Virus record (IMG/VR): IMGVR_UViG_3300013093_000023
Coordinates: 1 to 64,000 of that record
DNA: 64,000 nt
Direction: 5' to 3' (one strand)
DNA from: an uncultured virus (IMG/VR IMGVR_UViG_3300013093_000023)
Taxonomy: Duplodnaviria; Heunggongvirae; Uroviricota; Caudoviricetes
Within the stretch, counting starts at the first letter, position 1. The number at the start of each line of letters is the position of its first letter. The notes beneath the pieces are model-generated. The model worked only from the letters and a program-made list of their open reading frames with translations. It was not told the DNA's origin and did no database searches. The position numbers and the translations under genes are program-made. Of the stretch, positions 18,829-29,100 are shown in pieces.

Positions 18829-19530
18829 TTAGAAACGACCAATAACGACTTCGATAGTTCCCACAGAATTATCTTCAATTTTTCCTAGTGCTTTACCTAA
18901 AATACATCCAGGAACAAATTTAGCATTATCAATTTTTTGTGCGATACCGTATTGGCTACTAGTAACTAGAACATCACCAATTTCAACTGGGCCTTGGACT
19001 TTAGTCGGAACTCGTCCAGTTAAGGCAATAGGAACCATAAAGCGATTGCCTACATCTGCCACATTCATCAAGTAAGCTGGATTGTCAGAAACAACTCCTG
19101 CTACACGAGTATCGTATTCTTTTTGTACAGCAGTAACTTCTGCTGAGCCACCAAATATCATAACAGTACCTGGCATATAGTCGTCGCGGTCACCTAAATA
19201 GTTCTCTGCCAAGTCAGCGTATTGTGCCTGTGTTGACTTACCGTAAAATGTACGGAACCATTGTGTACTACTACCAATGTCAACTGCGGCATTGGATGCT
19301 GGCAATAGTGGTTGTGTACTGGTCAATGTAACTGTACCAGTAATAGTAGTTGGTCCACTAATGTATAAGTTTGGACTTGTGATAGCACTGGTTACCGCAA
19401 TAGAAGCCACAGTTAAGTTTGTGCTACTACTTGTTGTACGTTGCCAGGCTGTTTTACTACTGTTATAGGTGTATACTACACCGTTAACGGTAGCCTGTTG
19501 GTTTGATGATGGTGATGATGGAAATGCCAT
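18829..19530 (-). CDS. Short fibre protein with C-terminal ADLAE (Peptidase_G2 intramolecular chaperone-like) domain
   Basis: MAFPSSP...NG..Y.Y.....W N-module; QYADLAENY...PGTV...AGVVS.NPAYLMN...IALTGRVP.KV.GP...GD.LV. Confidence 0.7.
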   Translation of the reverse strand: MAFPSSPSSNQQATVNGVVYTYNSSKTAWQRTTSSSTNLTVASIAVTSAITSPNLYISGPTTITGTVTLTSTQPLLPASNAAVDIGSSTQWFRTFYGKSTQAQYADLAENYLGDRDDYMPGTVMIFGGSAEVTAVQKEYDTRVAGVVSDNPAYLMNVADVGNRFMVPIALTGRVPTKVQGPVEIGDVLVTSSQYGIAQKIDNAKFVPGCILGKALGKIEDNSVGTIEVVIGRF

Positions 19531-19531
19531 A

Positions 19532-20425
19532 TTAGTATCTTCCTACTGCTATTTCAATTAATTTAACGCTATCATCTTCAATAGCATTCAAGCTCTTGCC
19601 AATGATACAACCTGGCTCATATTTTTCTTTTTCTAAACGTCCGGCTACGCCCGGAGCCACGTTTACCAGTCGATCGCCTTTGTCTACTGGGCCTTTTACT
19701 AAACAAGGAACACGACCAGTTAAAGCAACTGGTAATCCGTCAACTCCGTCGTTCATTAAGTAAGCTGGATCAGTACTGATAACACCAGCGGCACGTACAT
19801 CGTGGCTGATAGCACTTGTTGTAATTTCTTTTTCACCGCCAAACACAACTACAGTACCAGGAGCATACGCTTCATCTGCTATATAGTTTTCTGCTAGGTC
19901 GGCATATTGTGCCTGTACGCTGATGCCGTTAAATCTTACAGCATATACGTTGCTATACCAGGTACTTGTACTACCAATATTAGAACTAATATTAGACTGT
20001 GGTGTTAGGTTACCGGTTAGGATAAAGTTTTGTGCTGTTAGGTAGCCACCAACTGTAGCATTACCTGTAACAGCTAAAGTTTGATAGTTTACAGTTTGAC
20101 TGGTATCAACCCATTGATAGTTAGTACCGTCATATACATATTTGTATAGTATATCTGAACTGCTGTCATACCACTCATCACCTGCTACTGGACTGCTTGG
20201 AGCAGAAGATGCTGTTGAATTCTTAAATACGCGAACGTTATTTTGATAAATTGTGGAACCGTAAATAACACCGTTTGCTCTTACTAGAGTATTACCACCG
20301 GCTGTAACACCATCATGTACGTGTAGAGTGCCAAGTGTGGTATCAACGGTGATTTCACCGACGGCTCCCGTAAACGCTTGGTTTTGGGCATTAGTTCCTC
20401 GTCTAAACTGTACTTGTGTTGGCAT
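19532..20425 (-). CDS. Fibre protein with Mtd-N-like N-terminus and ADLAE C-terminal domain
   Basis: MPTQVQFRRGT......FTGAVGEITVDT....L.VHDGVTAGG. GATAAATA at 20449-20456 and GAGG SD. Confidence 0.75.
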   Translation of the reverse strand: MPTQVQFRRGTNAQNQAFTGAVGEITVDTTLGTLHVHDGVTAGGNTLVRANGVIYGSTIYQNNVRVFKNSTASSAPSSPVAGDEWYDSSSDILYKYVYDGTNYQWVDTSQTVNYQTLAVTGNATVGGYLTAQNFILTGNLTPQSNISSNIGSTSTWYSNVYAVRFNGISVQAQYADLAENYIADEAYAPGTVVVFGGEKEITTSAISHDVRAAGVISTDPAYLMNDGVDGLPVALTGRVPCLVKGPVDKGDRLVNVAPGVAGRLEKEKYEPGCIIGKSLNAIEDDSVKLIEIAVGRY

Positions 20426-20458
20426 TTTTTATATCGTCCTCTATATCTTATTTATCCG

Positions 20459-23400
20459 TTAAACAAATGAGTTGCTACCTAAATCTAAAGTCTGTAAGGT
20501 AGTTTCTAATTCATTGAAATCTACTGTATATGTGCTTAGAGTTTGCCCAAATGGGTCACTGTAAGGGCTACCGCCAGAGTTTACATAACTCTCGCTAGCG
20601 CCAAAATCGTTAATTGGGCTACCCGAGAAGTTGGTATATCCTGAGAAATACGCACCAGCTATTGCTGTGCCACTACCGCCTCCACCCCCGCCACTAACCA
20701 CAATACTGCTTAAAATACTAGCACCGTTGGTACTCCAGAAAAAGCCCGGAGCATATACGCCAGTAGTAGCTGTTACTGTTGCGGCATTAATATTACCGCC
20801 AGCACCTAGTGTTCCGCTTGGTGTAATAATATTACCAACATAAATGTTAGCAAAAGAGTAGTTTGCACTACCAAGGTTGTATGATACGTTGGCATTTGGT
20901 AAAATACCATTAACATAGGTAGTACCAGATACGTTTAAATTAGAAGTAGTTGATATGTTACCAGTTGCTGATAGCGCACCAGTTATGCTTTCTGATGTGG
21001 TAACTATTTCTTGTGTTAGGTATGTAACGTTGGCTACAATTAAGTTGCCTTGAATAATAGCATTACCACGTACAAATAACTGACCATTTGTTGTTAGGTT
21101 ACCAGAGCTGACATTGCCTTGGTACCCCGGTAAGTATTGGTCAATGTTGGCCGTACTAAATGATGTAAACGTACCTTGACCATAGCTAACACCATTGGGC
21201 CAGAAAATACCGTTTGTAGTAATAATGTTACCGGCTGTAACAGCACCAGTAGAGTTAACTGTAGCACCTTGAATCGCGGCGCCTGTGTTACCAATTGTGG
21301 CGCCATTAATAGTACCAGCGTAAACAGTACCTAAGTATGCTGTTACCAAATTACCAGTTGTACTATTGATACCGGCTGAATAAACTTGTCCACCAATACC
21401 TGCGCCACCAGCTACACGTAGTGCACCTGTACTTGAACTTGTTGCGGCTGTAGAGTTTGCCGCATAGAATTCACCAGTTTTAATTGTGCCATAGGTATTA
21501 CCAATGAATACGTTGGCAACACCTTCATAACCAGTGTTGTAAAATTCCAAGAATCCTGAATCATTGGCACGACCCAAGAAGGCTAAATTATCACCAGTGG
21601 ATAATACACTATCGTAGTAGTGTAATTTAAATCCAATGTCGCGACCGTCGTTTGTTGTCAACGGTGCCAGGTTAGCGGCAGTATGTAAGTTGATAATTGA
21701 GTCGTTGACAGTTAAGTCTGTGGATCCAATTATTGTGCTTGCGCCTTGTACTGTTAAGTTACCAGCAACTATTAAGTTTGTAAGTGTACCGACTGTAGTA
21801 ATGTTTGGCTGACTGGCTGTCATTACTGTGCCGTATAGCGGACCAACTAGTCCGCCAGCTGTAACGTTACCACCAACACCAACACCACCTGAGCCAGAAA
21901 CAGTGATAGCACCAGTACCTGTACTTGTACTTGCTACACCACTTGCGGCTAAAATATTACTGTAGAATGAAGCAACACCTTGTACGTTTAGCGCACCAGT
22001 TAATGCGCCTAAGTTAGCTGTTGTAATGTTAGCATAGGTAGTGTTTAGGGTAGGAATATAAGCACTACCAACGTTAATCTGACTACCGTTAAATACTGCT
22101 CCAACGTTACCAATTGTACCAGCACTGATGTTTGATGTAAAGATACCTAGGCCAATGTTACCCCAACCGGCTACCTGTAGTCCAGTTAATGTACCAACGC
22201 TGGTAATTGTTGTTTGGCTAGCTGTACCTAGACTACCAATAAGTGTAGTTCCGATGTTACCAATGAGTGTAGCATTAACAGTACCAGCATTGATACTTGT
22301 AGCAAAGAATGTATTAAAATACGCTTGGCTGGCAAAGGTGTTGATAGAACCTGTAACAATACCTGTGGCGTAAACGTTGCCCCAGTAGTTTGCTGGGCCG
22401 CCTAGGTTTAAGTTACCTGTCCAATATGGTTGAAGACCAAGATTGGTATCCCACGATCCGCTACCGCCCATGGCGTTATTGTCATAACGGAAGTAGCCGT
22501 AGTTTGAGCCGCCAGCAACGCTGTTTAAATATATACCAGCGCCGTTGGCCGCAGTTTTACTAACTGCATTATTGGCTAGTGTAAGATATAAATCATTGGT
22601 TGTAATCGCATTGGCGTTGATTGTAGTTGTTTGTCCAGAAACATACAAGTTACCGCCAACGTATAAGTCGTTTGTGTATTCGCCTTGTGCCGCAACTACC
22701 AAGTTACCGTTAACGGTTGTAGTTCCGTTTAATGTAGTTGGGCCACCAAAACTGCTTGAGCCAGTTACTGATATACCATTTGTTACAGTTAAACCGTTTA
22801 ATGTACCGACACTGGTAATGTATGGTTGGCTTGCTGTACTAATGGTGCCGCCAAGATTTCCTGAGTACTGAGATAGATATCCGCCAACGTTGGCATTACT
22901 ATACGATGTTAATCCAGCAGTATAGCTTACACCATTGGCCCAATATATACCATTGGTGGTAGTAATTTGGCCTTGCGCTAAAATGTTTGTATTGCTGGTT
23001 AAATTACCAGCAATTACGTTATTAGAATAAAGAATGTTACCACGAATTACACCACCGTAGACTGTTAATAAACTACTTACGTTAGCGTTTGAATATGCTG
23101 TACCCGAACCGTAAGGACTACCGTTTGCCCAGTAAATACCTTGCGAACCTAAGGTAACACCATTTTGAACAGTGATGGTATTTACCCCCGGTAATCCTGT
23201 AATGTAGGGCTGATTGCCTGCTACATATCCGCCTAGGTTACCTGAGAAGTTTTGTATATAAGTCGATACGTTAGCATCGCCGTAGTATGGAGATCCATTG
23301 GCCCAATACACGCCATTGGTAGTTACTACTTTACCGCCGGTAAAATATTGTGTGTTGGCTGTTATAACGTCGGCTGTGATGCTACCGATAGTAATGATGT

Positions 23401-23758
23401 TACCTGTGGTAATTAGGTTACCAGTATAGGCACTTAATAATAGTTGTACGTTTGCGTTAGAATAAACTGTACCAGATCCGTACTGTGCGCCGTTAGGCCA
23501 AAAAATACCTGTTGAGTTTACAGTAATACCACCTATGTTAGCATTACTGGTTAAGTATACGTTGCTTAAAGTTGGCCCTGTTGTCCAAACACGACTACCT
23601 GATATATTTGTAGATAAGATGGCATTATTAGAACCATAACCTAAGTTAGGTTCTGCCTGGTCCAAGCTCAAGAACTGATATCTTGAACTTGATACTTGGG
23701 TCGGGCTTACTACTGGTACGCGACCCGAAACTGCTCTACTAAATTTAGACTGGCTCAT
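20459..23758 (-). CDS. Long repetitive fibre protein (1099 aa)
   Basis: G(I/V)(Y/F)W.NG..Y and YSNANV..YL repeats, TGAL.V.GG.GI.G repeats, C-terminal DFG/DLG motifs. Confidence 0.8.
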   Translation of the reverse strand: MSQSKFSRAVSGRVPVVSPTQVSSSRYQFLSLDQAEPNLGYGSNNAILSTNISGSRVWTTGPTLSNVYLTSNANIGGITVNSTGIFWPNGAQYGSGTVYSNANVQLLLSAYTGNLITTGNIITIGSITADVITANTQYFTGGKVVTTNGVYWANGSPYYGDANVSTYIQNFSGNLGGYVAGNQPYITGLPGVNTITVQNGVTLGSQGIYWANGSPYGSGTAYSNANVSSLLTVYGGVIRGNILYSNNVIAGNLTSNTNILAQGQITTTNGIYWANGVSYTAGLTSYSNANVGGYLSQYSGNLGGTISTASQPYITSVGTLNGLTVTNGISVTGSSSFGGPTTLNGTTTVNGNLVVAAQGEYTNDLYVGGNLYVSGQTTTINANAITTNDLYLTLANNAVSKTAANGAGIYLNSVAGGSNYGYFRYDNNAMGGSGSWDTNLGLQPYWTGNLNLGGPANYWGNVYATGIVTGSINTFASQAYFNTFFATSINAGTVNATLIGNIGTTLIGSLGTASQTTITSVGTLTGLQVAGWGNIGLGIFTSNISAGTIGNVGAVFNGSQINVGSAYIPTLNTTYANITTANLGALTGALNVQGVASFYSNILAASGVASTSTGTGAITVSGSGGVGVGGNVTAGGLVGPLYGTVMTASQPNITTVGTLTNLIVAGNLTVQGASTIIGSTDLTVNDSIINLHTAANLAPLTTNDGRDIGFKLHYYDSVLSTGDNLAFLGRANDSGFLEFYNTGYEGVANVFIGNTYGTIKTGEFYAANSTAATSSSTGALRVAGGAGIGGQVYSAGINSTTGNLVTAYLGTVYAGTINGATIGNTGAAIQGATVNSTGAVTAGNIITTNGIFWPNGVSYGQGTFTSFSTANIDQYLPGYQGNVSSGNLTTNGQLFVRGNAIIQGNLIVANVTYLTQEIVTTSESITGALSATGNISTTSNLNVSGTTYVNGILPNANVSYNLGSANYSFANIYVGNIITPSGTLGAGGNINAATVTATTGVYAPGFFWSTNGASILSSIVVSGGGGGGSGTAIAGAYFSGYTNFSGSPINDFGASESYVNSGGSPYSDPFGQTLSTYTVDFNELETTLQTLDLGSNSFV

Positions 23759-23761
23759 ATA

Positions 23762-24094
23762 TTATGGGTTCGCTGTTTCTAATATGCTTAATAAGATTTG
23801 TCCGGAGACGTTATCACTACCAACAACCTGAATACTATCGTAAGTGGCTAAGATTAATTTACCAGTCAACAACGAAACTGCGTCACTTACTGGTACTGGT
23901 ATGTTAGCTACCAATGTTGTTGGGACTCCACCGCGCACGTGTTGTCCAGTTACGTAGTAGACGTTGGCGTTACTGTTGTTGGCTACTTGAGCAAGTAGTA
24001 CAACTGTAGTATATCCAGTTGGAGCAGAGTAAATTACGTTAGACGTAGTAGTTACGTTTGCTACAATAGTTTTGAATGCGTTTAAGACTGCCAT
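23762..24094 (-). CDS. Small beta-sandwich virion protein (probable paralog of 44074..44388)
   Basis: 110 aa; IY.AP...TTVVL.AQV.N...KL.L...D.I.V pattern. Confidence 0.7.
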   Translation of the reverse strand: MAVLNAFKTIVANVTTTSNVIYSAPTGYTTVVLLAQVANNSNANVYYVTGQHVRGGVPTTLVANIPVPVSDAVSLLTGKLILATYDSIQVVGSDNVSGQILLSILETANP

Positions 24095-24106
24095 TTTTCT
24101 TTCCTT

Positions 24107-26131
24107 TTACGATAACGCCGTTTGTAGTGCTAGTATGTATGGTGTTACCAACGCAAACATACTTCTGTTAAAGCTATCACCTGTGATAGTACCAGTAACC
24201 TGGTTAATAGTTAAATTTGGACCAATCATAAAGTTACCTTTATGGTCAGTTGCTGTGTAAGTAACGTGTCCACCATTAGTTTGTATAACTGAATAAGTTG
24301 GGTCTGGAATACCGCCAAACTGTGGTAGTGCGTTAGACATAAAATTACCAGCGCCTACATATTCAAATGTGTGTGCTGACGCAATAATTGCACTACGCTG
24401 ATAGAATGCGATATTGGTCACCGGTGCTAGGTTACTACCATAAGTTTCCAACACTTTCACCTGCCAGGTATTAGCATAAGTTCCAGTGTTACCAACAAAG
24501 GAAACTGTGTCAATACTGTAGTAGTTTGTATCTCCGTTGATAATCATAACCTGATTAACTTTAGGAGCAATATTTCCATTCATGTTTACGTTAAACGAAC
24601 CTAGTGCGCTATACCCAAGAGTATTACCATAGGTCAGTAGTGGGCCGTATCCATCGGCACGTAGAGCCACGTTACCAATACTGGTGTCTGAACCGTTGAG
24701 TGTTACAAAGCTACCCGACTGTGCTACGATACCTTGTTCGCAACCAATTGTGTATATGTTAACTAGCTGACTGTACGCTGAATTCTTTAGAACAATACCA
24801 TAACCGTTTTGGTTAATGATTGTAAAGAAACCAATAATCATTGCCTTGAAACCACTGCTACACAAGTTGCCGTCAATGGTTACTGCGGTAGAAGTTGCGG
24901 CAGTTGTTTTACTTGTAATGTTTTGAATATACGGACTTACTGTTGCCGCAATATTACCTGTGCTAGGATAAGCAAAACCGCTAGCGTTATAGTCACGTAG
25001 AGTGAAGCCGTTGATGAACACACCCGGGTTAACCCAAATTAAATCACTGTTAGGATTTTGTGGAGTAATGAATACTGTACGCAAATCGTTGCCTAACAAG
25101 CTGGTATAGGCTGGAACTGTAATTGGGTTGTTTTCTGTGTAAACACCAGGACCGACTTGAACTGTTTGTCCAGCCTGTGCTACTGCCAACGCGGCCTTGA
25201 TTGTCTTGAATGGATTATTAAATGTACCTGCGTTAAGAGCACTATCGTTACCGTTGGATGCGCTAACATAAATTGTTCCACCTTGCCCAGCAATACCAAC
25301 ACCAGAAGTAATGTTTCCTGCTGTCAGGTTACCAAGGGTCATATTACCTTGGAAGGTGTTAGTCAAGAATCCAGCTAATATTGAAGCACCGTTACTGTAA
25401 AAATATCCACCACCGGAATACATTGACCCAGTTGATGTAATAGTACCAGCCACACTTAAATTAGCAGTAGAAACGTTGCCAGCAATTACACCGCGACCGT
25501 TGACTGTTAGGTTAGCAGTAACTACTTCGCTTTGATTAATAATTTCGGTATTAACAGTTGTAGTTGTACCTAGTACTGTTAGATTGCCACCAATAATTGC
25601 GTTACCGCCTGTGTAGACATCTCCCGCAATTCCTGCTCCACCGCCAATTTGTAAAGCACCAGTTGTGGCACTGGTTGAAGGGGTATTACTAGTAATTTGT
25701 AAGTTAGCAAAAATACCAGTTGAGCCGCTAACATTGTCACCAGTAACACTAAATGATCCGCCGGCTGGGTTAATAATTGTAAAACTGTTGCTGGTAGTAG
25801 ATAATATAGCATTACCAAGGTAAATTGTATTACCAGAAACATATAAACTCTTAAATGGATAAGCGGCGTTACCTAAGGTATATAAATTACCTGTTGTTGG
25901 AATTATGTTACCGCTGATTGCTTGTGTACCAACTAAGTTGGCACTAAAAATACTTTTGTTATAGACGTTTTGTGCGGCATTGGCACTTAATATAGGCCAA
26001 CCGCCCGGGGTAACGGAGTCGTGTAGGGTTAGCGTGTTGCTGGTCGTATTGACCGTAACTTCGCCCGGCGCACCTGTGAAGGCTGCTGTTTGGGCCGCTG
26101 TTCCTCGTCTAAGTTGAAATTGTGTTGACAT
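24107..26131 (-). CDS. Tailspike-like protein: Mtd-N-like N-terminus plus pectin-lyase-like beta-helix
   Basis: MSTQFQLRRGT.....FTGAPGEVTV; IYVS...GND.....GT...PFKTIKAAL..A..G.TV.V.PG.Y.E.NPI.VP. GATAAATA at 26159-26166. Confidence 0.75.
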   Translation of the reverse strand: MSTQFQLRRGTAAQTAAFTGAPGEVTVNTTSNTLTLHDSVTPGGWPILSANAAQNVYNKSIFSANLVGTQAISGNIIPTTGNLYTLGNAAYPFKSLYVSGNTIYLGNAILSTTSNSFTIINPAGGSFSVTGDNVSGSTGIFANLQITSNTPSTSATTGALQIGGGAGIAGDVYTGGNAIIGGNLTVLGTTTTVNTEIINQSEVVTANLTVNGRGVIAGNVSTANLSVAGTITSTGSMYSGGGYFYSNGASILAGFLTNTFQGNMTLGNLTAGNITSGVGIAGQGGTIYVSASNGNDSALNAGTFNNPFKTIKAALAVAQAGQTVQVGPGVYTENNPITVPAYTSLLGNDLRTVFITPQNPNSDLIWVNPGVFINGFTLRDYNASGFAYPSTGNIAATVSPYIQNITSKTTAATSTAVTIDGNLCSSGFKAMIIGFFTIINQNGYGIVLKNSAYSQLVNIYTIGCEQGIVAQSGSFVTLNGSDTSIGNVALRADGYGPLLTYGNTLGYSALGSFNVNMNGNIAPKVNQVMIINGDTNYYSIDTVSFVGNTGTYANTWQVKVLETYGSNLAPVTNIAFYQRSAIIASAHTFEYVGAGNFMSNALPQFGGIPDPTYSVIQTNGGHVTYTATDHKGNFMIGPNLTINQVTGTITGDSFNRSMFALVTPYILALQTALS

Positions 26132-26177
26132 TTATATTCAAATTCCGTTATATTGTTATATTTATCTAAACTATATC

Positions 26178-29100
26178 CTAAGGTGCTACAGAGCCTAAAT
26201 CAAACACAGCAGGGACCGGGGCAGTAGTATCTGTAATAAAGCCCATATCCAGGTACGGGAATAAACTACCTGTACTCATTGGATAACCGTTACCTTGCCA
26301 GAAAATACCTGTTGTAGTATAAACTGCGTTGGCAAAAATGTTGCCAGTAACACCCATACCACCCACAATCTGCATAGTACCGCTAACGTTACTGGTTGAG
26401 TTAACATTACCGTTAGCTAGAATTGTATTATTACCTGAGTTGTAAATTAGGTTTGCGGCTGCAAGTACACCACCATTATTGTACTGAATAGCACCAGAAA
26501 CACCCACTGGGCTTCCGCCACCGCCGCCGATGCTGATAATGTTATTATTGCCTGCCCAATACAGTCCAGTTGTTGTATAAATTGCGTTGGCATATACGTT
26601 ACCCGGGGTACTGATACCACCAGCTACTTGTAGTGCTCCAGAACTGACGTTGGCTGCCGGACTAGTAGACGAAACAGTAACAATACCTATATCGCTGATA
26701 CTAAATCTAGATGTTAGTGTATTGCTAGGTGCGCCAGGAGTTTTGGTATAAAAATTCCAGCTGGCGGAATAAACTCCGTCATCAATGACACTAAGTCTAG
26801 CTCCAGGTGCTGTACTTGTAGCCTGATTGGTATAGGTGTAAAAATCAATAGCACTACCAGCACCAGATGACCCACCTGTGTTGATCAGGTTCAGCTGAGT
26901 TTTTACGCCGCCGGTTAAGCTGTTATTTAAATTCAACGGTGCTATATTATAATAACTGTTAGTACCAGTTGGTATACCGCCCGAGAATACATTTCCGGTA
27001 TAGTTAATATTACCAGAAATATTCAAATTGCCGGTTGAGGCATTAATATTAGATGCCAGATTGATAACGTTAGCAAATAAATTGTCAACTCCACTAATAT
27101 TACCGCTGGTACCTGTAGTTTGTATGTTAGCAACTGTTAGGTTACCACCAACGTTTAAAGCTCCGCTGATACCCGCACCACCAACAACTACCATAGCACC
27201 AGTGCTTACATTAGAACTTGTTGTTCCAGAGTTAGCAACCAAATTACCTGTAACCACTTCACTTGTGCTGACAAATTCTTGATTTAAATATGTAATGTTA
27301 GCAACTATCAGGTTGCCGGTGATTGTAGCATTACCAAGTAAGTAACTATCGTTAGTAACAATTAAATTACCGCCGACCTGAATATTACTATTAGTACGTA
27401 CCTGGCTAGCAAATAAGAATCCGCCATAGGATGTTAAGTAAGAAGCTACGTTGGCATTACCGTAGTTGCTGGTAATAAATGGTGCGCCGTTAGCCCAGAA
27501 ATATCCACTAGATAAAATATTACCTGTGCTAATATTTCCGCCTTGCCCACTGGCACTGGTTACTAACAAGTTACCAGCTTGTAGATTGCCTTGATAGTTT
27601 GGCAATAAGGTGTTGCTTACATAAGCATTAGCGGCAATGTTACCATATACTATTGAGAAGCCATTGGCTGCCCAGAAATAACCGTTACTGTAAACTGTGC
27701 TGGCTAAGACGTTACCACCATAGGTTGGCAAATAGCCGGCTACGTTGGCATTACCATAAACACCAATTGCGGCACTAATACTGGATCCATAGCTAACACC
27801 GTTACTCCAGAATAAACCTCCACTGGTTATAAGTCTGTTGCTGGCAGTGATATTACTAGTAGCAATTACGTTACCGCCATCATCCAGAGAAAAGATAACT
27901 TGACTATACCCACTGTTAACAATTTCCAATCCGCCGGTGCTGTTTAAACGGAACCATTTGGTCGGAGTAGTTGCTCCAGTGTAGGTATTTGTAACTTGTA
28001 AGAAATCGTGATAACCAACTCCGCCGCGCCAGCTGTTACCAATGATCTGTAATGCTGGTTGATTGGTTAAGTTATTAATTACCTGATAACCACTGACAGT
28101 AGAGTTTAGGCCAACATTTAAGTTAGCACCAGCATAGACGTTTCCACTAACACCAGCACCACCGATAACAACCAACGCACCCGATGTGGTATTAGTACTT
28201 GCTGTGCCACTTGCGGCCACCAAGTTGCCTTGTATAGTATCTGTTGTGGTAATTATTTCTTGGTTTGTGTAGATAATATTAGCAACTGTTAGATTACCAG
28301 TGATAGTTACGTTGCCGGCACGTAAGTTACCTGAGTAAACCGGCAAAAATGCCGCTGCCGCTGTATTACTGTAGCCAAACGGTGTATTGTTACCTGCCCA
28401 ATACACTCCACCTAATGTGTAAACCGCGCCAATGTTGCCTGTGTAGGTTGGTAAGTATCCAGCTACGTTACTGTTACCATAGTTTGTAATACCTGCTACA
28501 ATACCAGACGAGTATGAAATACCGTTTGGCCATAGCAGGTTAGTAATTGTTAAGTTGGCAATGTTAGCATTACCAGTAATGGTTACGTTGGCAGTACTTG
28601 TACCAACATAGATATTACCAACGGTGTTGCTGGTGTTCCATAAATTACCAAATGCTGTAGTTGATTGTATTGTACCAGTATAGGTATTGGTAATATTGGC
28701 AATGTTTATATTAGCATTACCGCCAACAAATAAGTTACCACCAATACCAACACCACCTGTTGGAACTGTTAATGCTCCGGTAGTGGCACTAGTGCTTGGA
28801 GTAGTATTGGCAATAACTGTATTGCCAAATAATGTTGTTACGTTACCAACACTTAATGAATTTAAATTGCCAACCTGTAGTATGTTAGTCTGTATTGGTG
28901 TAATAATAGCACCGTAATATTGACCATTAAAGTTTACCGCGGTTAAGTTACCAGAACTTGGTTGGAAGAATAAGTTTGTGCTACTAGCCCATAGTTGTGT
29001 ATTACCAGCTGTAATATTAGCAAACGTTGGATAGTAAATACCCGAGCTAGTTGAGTTGGTAATTTGTGTAGTAAGAGCTACCTGCGCTGTATTTGCTGTA

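Noticed and set aside
19532..26131. Diversity-generating retroelement suggested by the Mtd-N domains
   Set aside because: No reverse transcriptase, no C-type-lectin variable domain and no adenine-mismatched TR/VR repeat pair seen in this window.
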